Below, in pieces: positions 41,427 through 47,466 of a stretch of DNA of 47,466 nt (positions are counted from its first letter, which is position 1; each line of letters opens with the position of its first letter). The translations under genes were made by a program, and so were the position numbers. The notes under the pieces are model-generated. The model saw only the letters and a program-made list of their open reading frames with translations. It made no database searches and was not told where the DNA came from. Where the stretch lies: NCBI GenBank assembly GCA_944384305.1, contig CALWSW010000002.1, forward strand, positions 1-47,466. The letters run 5' to 3'. The DNA is from an uncultured Christensenellaceae bacterium (GTDB taxonomy: Bacteria > Bacillota > Clostridia > Christensenellales > CALWSW01).

Positions 41427-42515
41427 ATGATCGAAAACCAATCGCTGCTCGGGGAGATCCCCGCGCCCCTTCTTGCCTGGTACGGCCGTTCGGCGCGGGT
41501 GCTGCCCTGGCGTTCCGACCCCCAGCCCTACGCGGTGTGGGTGTCGGAGATCATGCTGCAGCAGACCCGTGTGGAGGCGGCGCTGCCCTATTTCCAGCGT
41601 TTTTTGCAGGCGCTGCCCACCGTAAAAGACCTGGCCGAAGCGCCGGAAGAGCAGCTTTTGAAGCTGTGGGAAGGCTTGGGGTACTACAACCGGGCCCGCA
41701 ATCTGCAAAAGGCTGCGCAGATCATTGTGGAATGCCACGGCGGCAATGTGCCGGCTTCGGCAAAAGAGCTTTGCAGCCTGCCCGGCATTGGCCGCTACAC
41801 GGCCGGGGCTATCGCCAGCATCGCCTTTGGACAGCGGGAGCCGGCGGTGGACGGCAACGTGCTGCGGGTGCTCAGCCGGGTGCTTTTGAGCGGAGCAGAT
41901 ATTTTAAAAGAAAAGACCAAGGCAGAATTTGCTCGGGCCATAAGCGCTGTGCTGCCCCAAGACCGCCCGGGGGACTTTAACCAGGCGCTGATGGAGCTGG
42001 GCGCAACGGTCTGCCTGCCAAACGGCGCGCCCAGATGCGGCGCCTGCCCGCTCGCAGCCATTTGCCTGGCAAACAAAACAGGGCGGCAGGCGGAATTCCC
42101 GCAAAAAGCCGAAAAAAAGGCCCGGCGTGTGGAGGCGCGCACGGTCTTTGTGCTGTTTGACCGGGCGGGGCGCGTGGCCGTGCAAAAGCGCCCCAAGACC
42201 GGGCTGCTCGCCGGTTTGTGGGAGCTGCCGGGCGAAGACGGCGCGCTTTCGCTGCGGGAAGCGGAAAACGCTTTGCGGGCGCAGGGGCTGCAGGTGCAGG
42301 CGATCCAAAGCGCGGGAAAGGCAAAACACGTGTTTACCCACGTGGAGTGGAAGATGGAAGGGGTCGCCGCCCTGGTGGAAGGCACGCTTGGAAAGGCGCG
42401 CTTTGTAACGCCAAAGGAATTGGAAGAAGAATACTGCCTGCCCAGCGCTTTTGCGGCCTATGTGCAGAAGCTCCCCGCGCTGTGGGCGGCGATTTCGGCA
42501 GGGCCGGAGGCTTAG
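41427..42515 (+). CDS. mutY: A/G-specific adenine DNA glycosylase
   Basis: The protein contains LLAWYGRSARVLPWRSDPQPYAVWVSEIMLQQTRV and LGYYNRARNL, and the Fe-S cluster loop CLPNGAPRCGACPLAAIC. A C-terminal NUDIX-like domain follows. Confidence 0.93.
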   Translation: MIENQSLLGEIPAPLLAWYGRSARVLPWRSDPQPYAVWVSEIMLQQTRVEAALPYFQRFLQALPTVKDLAEAPEEQLLKLWEGLGYYNRARNLQKAAQIIVECHGGNVPASAKELCSLPGIGRYTAGAIASIAFGQREPAVDGNVLRVLSRVLLSGADILKEKTKAEFARAISAVLPQDRPGDFNQALMELGATVCLPNGAPRCGACPLAAICLANKTGRQAEFPQKAEKKARRVEARTVFVLFDRAGRVAVQKRPKTGLLAGLWELPGEDGALSLREAENALRAQGLQVQAIQSAGKAKHVFTHVEWKMEGVAALVEGTLGKARFVTPKELEEEYCLPSAFAAYVQKLPALWAAISAGPEA

Positions 42516-42528
42516 CAAAAGGAAAAGA

Positions 42529-42572
42529 ACAGGGCCGCAGAAAGGCAAAACGCCTTTCTGCGGCCCTGTTTT
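42529..42572. terminator. bidirectional terminator between mutY and ppk
   Basis: ACAGGGCCGCAGAAAGGC-aaaac-GCCTTTCTGCGGCCCTGT has A/T runs on both sides. Confidence 0.75.
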
Positions 42573-42591
42573 GCGCCAATGCGCCGCGCTG

Positions 42592-44712
42592 TTACTTTCC
42601 CAGCCGTTTGCGCAGCGAGTGGAACAGCCCGCCGGAGTGCTCGCGGACTTCGCGGGCCTCGGGTTCGGCGGCGGGGCGTTCGAGCGCCTCGTTTAAAAGA
42701 TATTGCTGGCACTCAAAGGGGGAATCTTCGGTGTGGTGGGGCAAGTAGGAACCGTCGCTCTGCAGCACGCGGGCCTTGACGTTGTCTTTGAGGCAGGCGT
42801 TTAAAATATCGTGCAGGCGCTCGCGCATTTCGGGGTCGTACACCGGGCAGGCCACTTCTACCCGCCGCTGGGTGTTGCGGGTCATGAAGTCTGCCGAGGA
42901 GATGTACATGCTCTCCCGCGCGCCGGCGCCGAAGCAGTAGATGCGCGAGTGTTCGAGGAACCGCCCCACAATGCTCACCACGCGGATGTTTTCTGTTTTG
43001 CCGGGTACCCCGGGCAAAAGGCAGCAGATACCGCGCACGATCAGGTCGATCTGCACGCCCGCACAGGAGGCCTGCTTGAGCTTTTCGATCAGCTCTACGT
43101 CGGTAACGGCGTTGACCTTGGCGATAATGCGGCCCTTGTCGCGCTTGGCGATCTCGTCGTCTATGCGCTCGAGCAGCGTGCTCTTTAAGGAGACCGGCGC
43201 CACCAAAAGCTCGTTGTAGTGCCCTTCCAGGTTGCCGATGCACATGTTCTTAAAGAACTCCTGCGCGTCCTGGCCGATCTTTTGGTCGGCGGTGAGCAGC
43301 GAAACGTCGGTGTACTGCCGGGCGGTCTTTTCGTTGTAGTTGCCGGTGCCCACCTGCGTGATGTAGCGGATCTCGCCGTGCTCGCGCCGGGTGATGAGGC
43401 AGACCTTGGAGTGGATCTTGTAGTCCTCAAAGCCGTACAGCACGGTGCAGCCGGCGTCTTCCAGGCGTTCCGACCAGTCGATGTTGTTCTGCTCGTCAAA
43501 ACGGGCGCGCAGCTCGATGAGCACCGTTACGTCCTTGCCGTTTTCGGCGGCGGTGCACAGGTAGTCCACCAGCTTGGCCTTGCGCGCCAGGCGGTAGATG
43601 GTGATCTTAATGGAAATGACCGCCGGGTCGTCCGCCGCTTCCTTGATGAGGTTCAAAAAAGGCGTCATGCTCTCGAAAGGGTAGGAGAGCAGGCGGTCGT
43701 GCTGCATGACCTGGTGCGCCATGCTCACCCTGGGGTCGTAGCCGGCCGGCAGGGCGGGGGTGAATTCGGGGTAGGTCAGGGCCTTTTGCTTGACCTCGCT
43801 CAGGCGGTCCACCAGCGAGAAGGCGTAGCCCAGCTTTAAGGGCGCGCTGGTGACGAAGATCTGCGCGTCCACAACAGGCAGGCGGTTTTTTAAGTAATCC
43901 AAAAAATCCGCGCTGATGGGGCGGGAAAGCTCCAGCCTTACGGGCGCAAGGCGCATCCGCTGCTTCAGGGCCTTCTGCATCTGCTTGCGGAAGTCCTCGC
44001 CGTAAAGGTCGAAGTTTTCGTCGTTGGGGTTGATGTCGGCGTTGCGGGTAACGCAGAACACCACCTTTTCCTGCACGGCGTAGTTGGTGAAGATATCCTC
44101 CACATAGTTGAGCAGGATATCTTCGGTGTGGATGTACCTCAGCTCGCTGCCCGGCAAAAACAGCACGGGCGGCAGGGCGTCCGGCAGAGGGATGACGGCA
44201 AACACGTCCCGCACGCGGTACTTCACCCACGCCCCCACGTGAAGCACGTTGTTTTTGAGGTGAGGGAAGGGGTGGTGGGTATCGACGATCTGAGGGGTGA
44301 GGATGGGCAGCATGGAGGTTTTAAAGTAGCGCGCGCAGTATTTCTGCTCGCTGCTTTCCAGCTCGTCCCAGGTCAGGCGGCAGATGCCGTGCATCCTCAG
44401 CTGTTTTTCGAGCGAGGCGCAGATCTCCTCGCGCTTGTGGTAAAGGGGGCGCACGGCGGCGTAAATGGCCTCCAGTTGTTCTTTGGGGGTCATGCCCGAG
44501 CGGCGGTCGCGGGCGTCTGCTTTGACGCCGGCAAGGTCGAACAGGCTGCCCACGCGGATCATGAAGAACTCGTCCAGATTGCTCGTAAAGATCGAAACGA
44601 ACTTCAGCCGCTCCAAAAGGGGAACGGTTTCGTCGGTGGCTTCGGTCAGAACGCGGTCGTTAAAGGCGAGCCAGGAGAGCTCGCGGTTTTGTGTAAAGGC
44701 AAGATCAGTCAC
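42592..44712 (-). CDS. ppk: polyphosphate kinase 1
   Basis: The start is set at the GTG at 44712 (..VTDLAFTQNRELSWLAFNDRVLTEA..), with a GAGGG Shine-Dalgarno. It overlaps the ppx stop by 8 nt. The protein contains PPK1 N/H/C1/C2 motifs (FTSNLDEFFMIRV, HSKVCLITRRE). Confidence 0.92.
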   Translation of the reverse strand: MTDLAFTQNRELSWLAFNDRVLTEATDETVPLLERLKFVSIFTSNLDEFFMIRVGSLFDLAGVKADARDRRSGMTPKEQLEAIYAAVRPLYHKREEICASLEKQLRMHGICRLTWDELESSEQKYCARYFKTSMLPILTPQIVDTHHPFPHLKNNVLHVGAWVKYRVRDVFAVIPLPDALPPVLFLPGSELRYIHTEDILLNYVEDIFTNYAVQEKVVFCVTRNADINPNDENFDLYGEDFRKQMQKALKQRMRLAPVRLELSRPISADFLDYLKNRLPVVDAQIFVTSAPLKLGYAFSLVDRLSEVKQKALTYPEFTPALPAGYDPRVSMAHQVMQHDRLLSYPFESMTPFLNLIKEAADDPAVISIKITIYRLARKAKLVDYLCTAAENGKDVTVLIELRARFDEQNNIDWSERLEDAGCTVLYGFEDYKIHSKVCLITRREHGEIRYITQVGTGNYNEKTARQYTDVSLLTADQKIGQDAQEFFKNMCIGNLEGHYNELLVAPVSLKSTLLERIDDEIAKRDKGRIIAKVNAVTDVELIEKLKQASCAGVQIDLIVRGICCLLPGVPGKTENIRVVSIVGRFLEHSRIYCFGAGARESMYISSADFMTRNTQRRVEVACPVYDPEMRERLHDILNACLKDNVKARVLQSDGSYLPHHTEDSPFECQQYLLNEALERPAAEPEAREVREHSGGLFHSLRKRLGK

Positions 44713-45622
44713 AGCGCTTTCCCTCTTTTTCCAGCATATAAGCCAAGTAACCCTCGCGCACACCGTAGGGGCTGGTGCGCACGGTCTTGCCGCCGTAGAG
44801 CCCGGCGACGATGCTGAACACCAGAATGCCCGGGACCAGTGTGTGCACCCGCTCGGGCGAGATCTTTAAAATATGGCGCATGAGCTTGTAGGGGGCGTCT
44901 TCGGCCTGCTCAAGCACTTTTTCAAAAAAAGCGGCGTCGTACACCGGTTCGCTGCCGCCGTCCTTTCTCAGGTGCTGAAAGAGCTTCAAGGCCGCGCGGG
45001 CCGTGCCGCCCACGCCGCACATGGGCTCGGCCACGTATTCTTTGGAAGGGGGCAGCTGCGCGCCGATGACGTTCAGCACCTCCTGGCGCATGGCTTTCAG
45101 CTCCTTCTTTTCGGGCAGCACGCCCTTGACAAAGCGGCGGTGCAGGTTCAAGGACCCCACGGGGAAGGAGTGCGCCGCCAGTACGGTCTTGTTTTTGAAA
45201 AAGACCAGTTCGGTGCTGCCGCCGCCGATGTCGATCAAAAGCCCGGAATCTTCGCCCAGGTGGCGCAGCGCGCCGCGGTAGTCCAGCATGGCTTCCTCGT
45301 AGCCCGAAAGCAGGCGGATCTCGAACCCCGTTTCCTGCCGCACGATCTCTAAGACATGGTCGGTATTGACGACGTTTCGGAGCGAAGCGGTGGCAAACAG
45401 GTAGACCGGGCAGCCGGGAAGGATACTCAGCACCTCTTTAAAGTCCTTCAGCACGCGCACCAGGCGGTCGATGCCCTCCTGCGTCAGGCAGTTCTTTTTG
45501 TCCACCAAACCCGCCAGCCCGGCGGTGTGCTTGTTGTTGAGGATGGGGCGGAATTTTCCGCCTTCCATGCGGTAGATCACCAGGCGGATGGTGTTGGAGC
45601 CAATATCGATCACACAGTACAC
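44705..45622 (-). CDS. ppx: Ppx/GppA-family exopolyphosphatase (short, N-terminal-domains-only form)
   Basis: The gene has a GTG start with a GAGGGG Shine-Dalgarno. The protein begins MYCVIDIGSNTIRLVIY and contains ...LIDIGGGSTELVFF..., an ASKHA fold. Confidence 0.88.
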   Translation of the reverse strand: MYCVIDIGSNTIRLVIYRMEGGKFRPILNNKHTAGLAGLVDKKNCLTQEGIDRLVRVLKDFKEVLSILPGCPVYLFATASLRNVVNTDHVLEIVRQETGFEIRLLSGYEEAMLDYRGALRHLGEDSGLLIDIGGGSTELVFFKNKTVLAAHSFPVGSLNLHRRFVKGVLPEKKELKAMRQEVLNVIGAQLPPSKEYVAEPMCGVGGTARAALKLFQHLRKDGGSEPVYDAAFFEKVLEQAEDAPYKLMRHILKISPERVHTLVPGILVFSIVAGLYGGKTVRTSPYGVREGYLAYMLEKEGKRCD

Positions 45623-45675
45623 AAAGATCCCCTCGCTTTCTGTTCGCTTTCCTTTTTCAAAACAGTATTCTCTTT

Positions 45676-45703
45676 ATTTTACCGTACCCGGCAGAGATGT
45701 CTA
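45676..45703 (-). promoter_or_regulatory. candidate ppx-ppk promoter
   Basis: On the minus strand there is TAGACA (45703-45698), a 16-nt spacer and TAAAAT (45681-45676). Confidence 0.45.
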
Positions 45704-45752
45704 TAGTCCGAAATGTTAAATTTAGGAAAAATCGCTTATTTTCGGCTGGTTT

Positions 45753-46028
45753 TACCCTTAGTAGACAAAGGGAACCACGGTTTTCACTGCCCGGGCCCTA
45801 TAGAACATCGTTGCGAATCCTCTTCAGTGACCCCTGTGTATTTTCACGCTGCGCTCGAATACACGGGGCCCCGGAATTGTGAAAACTCTGCGACCTGAGC
45901 GGAGCCTGCTTTGGTTCAGTTCACGGCGACGGAGCGATGGACTAGCAGAGCTAATTCGAGCGACGGCAACAAAGAAATGGGCCAAAGCAGGCCCGTTCAG
46001 GCGTGGTGCCCCTTGTCTACTAAGGGTA
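45753..46028. repeat. 276-bp element bounded by 27-bp imperfect terminal inverted repeats (MITE-like or structured RNA)
   Basis: The left end is TACCCTTAGTAGACAAAGGGAACCACG (45753-45779). The reverse complement of the right end (46002-46028) is TACCCTTAGTAGACAAGGGGCACCACG, matching at 25 of 27 positions. The interior holds at least three further long hairpins. No ORF is present. Confidence 0.6.
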
Positions 46029-46040
46029 TACAGAATGAGC

Positions 46041-46080
46041 GAGAAAAAGCGGCTCTTGCGCGCAAAAACGCAAGAGGGCC
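46041..46080 (-). terminator. terminator of the P-type ATPase gene
   Basis: The minus strand reads CTCTTGCG-tttttgcg-CGCAAGAG followed by ccgCTTTTTC. Confidence 0.6.
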
Positions 46081-46108
46081 GCAGTAAAAAAGCAGGAGAA
46101 AAGGAGGG

Positions 46109-47466
46109 TCATTCAAACTTCCGGTCGTACAGCAGCGCGGCGATGAGCACCACGAAACAGGAGCCGGCGTTGTGCACCAAAGCGCCGGTAGTGGGATTGA
46201 GCAGCCCCAACAGGGAACAGACGATGGCGGCGGCGTTGATGCACATGGAAAGGGCGATGCTGAGCTTGATGGTGCTGACCGTGGCGTTTGAAAGCCGTTT
46301 TAGGTAGGGGACTTTGGAAAGATCATCGCTCATGAGGGCGATGTCGGCGGCTTCCACGGCAATGTCGCTGCCCATGGCGCCCATGGCCACGCCCACATCG
46401 GCGGTCTTTAAGGCGGGGGCGTCGTTTACGCCGTCGCCGATCATGCAAACACAGCCGCCCGCCTCCCGCAGGGCTTCGATGCTGCGCACCTTTTCTTCCG
46501 GCAGCAGCTCAGCGAACACTTCGCCAATGCCCGCTTTTTTTGCAAAGTAGTCCGCCGCCTTTTGATCGTCGCCGGTGAGCAGAACGGTTTTTGTGTGCAT
46601 GGCGCTCAACCGTTTTACCATGGCCTTGGCCTCGGGGCGCAGCACGTCCGAAAGGCCGATGACGCCAATACATTTGCCCTCTGCCGCCACCAGGATGGAC
46701 GCTTTGCCTTCTGTGCGCAGTTGTTCCAGAACTGCGCTGGCGGCGTCATCTAACGGGATCCCGTGCTCCCGCAGGTACTTTTCGCTGCCGCAGAGCAGGC
46801 TGTGCCCCTGCACTTCTGCCGCGATGCCCCTGCCCGCGTCCATGCGGAAGGAGAGCGGGTCGGAAAGCGGAAGGCCCCGCTCCTCGGCGTGGGCTACAAT
46901 GGCCTTTCCCAAGGGGTGTTCGCTCTTTTTTTCGGCGGAAGCGGCCAGGGCAAGGAGCGCGTCTTTGCTGAGCGCGGGGCCGGCGGGAAGGATGTCGCAG
47001 ACCTCCAGGCGGCCGCAGGTGAGGGTGCCGGTCTTGTCAAAAGCGATGGTGGTTACTTTGCCCATTTTCTCCAGCGCTTCGCCGGACTTGACGATGACGC
47101 CGTGCCTGGTGGCCTGGCCGATGGCCGCCATGATGGCCGTGGGGGTGGCCAGCACCAGTGCGCAGGGGCAGAACACCACCAGAATGGTCACGGCGGTGAC
47201 GGTATTGCCCGAAAACACATAGGCCAGAATGGCGATGAGCAGGGCAACGGGCACCAGAAAGCTCGCCGCCCGGTCGGCGATGCGCTGCATGGGGGCCTGG
47301 TTGTTCTCGGCCTCCTGAACCATGCGGATGAGACTTTGCAGCGAGCTGTCCGCCCCCACCTTGGTGGCGGTGATGTCGATGGAGCCAAAACGGTTGATGG
47401 TGCCGCAAAAGACTTCTTCGCCCACGGTTTTGTCCACGGGCAGGCTCTCGCCGGTCATGATGGACT
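46109..47466 (-). CDS. P1B-type heavy-metal-translocating ATPase (C-terminal ~450 aa; the 5' end lies outside the window)
   Basis: The protein contains the CPCALVLATP (CPC) motif, DKTGTLT, SEHPLGKAIV (the HP locus) and GDGVNDAPAL. The reading frame stays open to the window edge. Confidence 0.92.
   Translation of the reverse strand, partial: SIMTGESLPVDKTVGEEVFCGTINRFGSIDITATKVGADSSLQSLIRMVQEAENNQAPMQRIADRAASFLVPVALLIAILAYVFSGNTVTAVTILVVFCPCALVLATPTAIMAAIGQATRHGVIVKSGEALEKMGKVTTIAFDKTGTLTCGRLEVCDILPAGPALSKDALLALAASAEKKSEHPLGKAIVAHAEERGLPLSDPLSFRMDAGRGIAAEVQGHSLLCGSEKYLREHGIPLDDAASAVLEQLRTEGKASILVAAEGKCIGVIGLSDVLRPEAKAMVKRLSAMHTKTVLLTGDDQKAADYFAKKAGIGEVFAELLPEEKVRSIEALREAGGCVCMIGDGVNDAPALKTADVGVAMGAMGSDIAVEAADIALMSDDLSKVPYLKRLSNATVSTIKLSIALSMCINAAAIVCSLLGLLNPTTGALVHNAGSCFVVLIAALLYDRKFE

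Noticed and set aside
1-47466. A search by eye for CRISPR arrays, rRNA or tRNA genes, integrases, transposases and group II intron or retron-type reverse transcriptases.
   Set aside because: None were found. There are no regularly spaced direct repeats, and none of the ORFs show recombinase, reverse transcriptase or Cas motifs.

Overview
This is a GC-rich chromosomal segment of Firmicutes/Clostridia type. A gerM-rph-rdgB-ysnB block suggests a spore former, possibly Oscillospiraceae-like, but no search was run. Hand counts on sample 60-nt lines give about 65-73% GC inside genes. Most of the window is housekeeping. It holds an FMN-riboswitch-controlled ribU operon, hppA, an FGGY kinase, galE, an APC permease and a deacetylase-gatCAB operon. 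It also holds polA, coaE, an SLT transglycosylase, an orphan family-5 SBP, two tandem lspA paralogs and rluD. Further along are a DUF2156+GNAT pair, a PyrR-attenuated pyrR-B-C-F-K-D-E operon, a DUF362 Fe-S protein, rqcH and gerM-rph-rdgB-ysnB. The right end has a WG-repeat/SH3 protein, mutY, ppx-ppk and a truncated P1B ATPase. I found no CRISPR array, tRNA, rRNA, integrase or transposase. Four things are worth a second look. (1) A roughly 1.6-kb AT-rich islet (about 31.77-33.4 kb, 35-38% GC by hand count) sits between the pyrE and DUF362 terminators. It carries one intact orphan 2-TM protein and decayed coding remnants, and is the only clearly accessory DNA here. (2) A family of modular, nested-palindromic intergenic elements has three related copies (A, B, C). 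Each starts at the 3' end of a gene, supplies a terminator-like hairpin and shares GCCCGGGGCCC-type GC palindromes. Two of the copies (B and C) also carry a G-quadruplex-type tract. (3) A 276-bp MITE-like or structured element with 27-bp terminal inverted repeats lies upstream of ppx-ppk. (4) A creatininase-family gene is translationally coupled to ribU under the FMN riboswitch. All family names come from motif recognition by eye and need HMM/BLAST confirmation.
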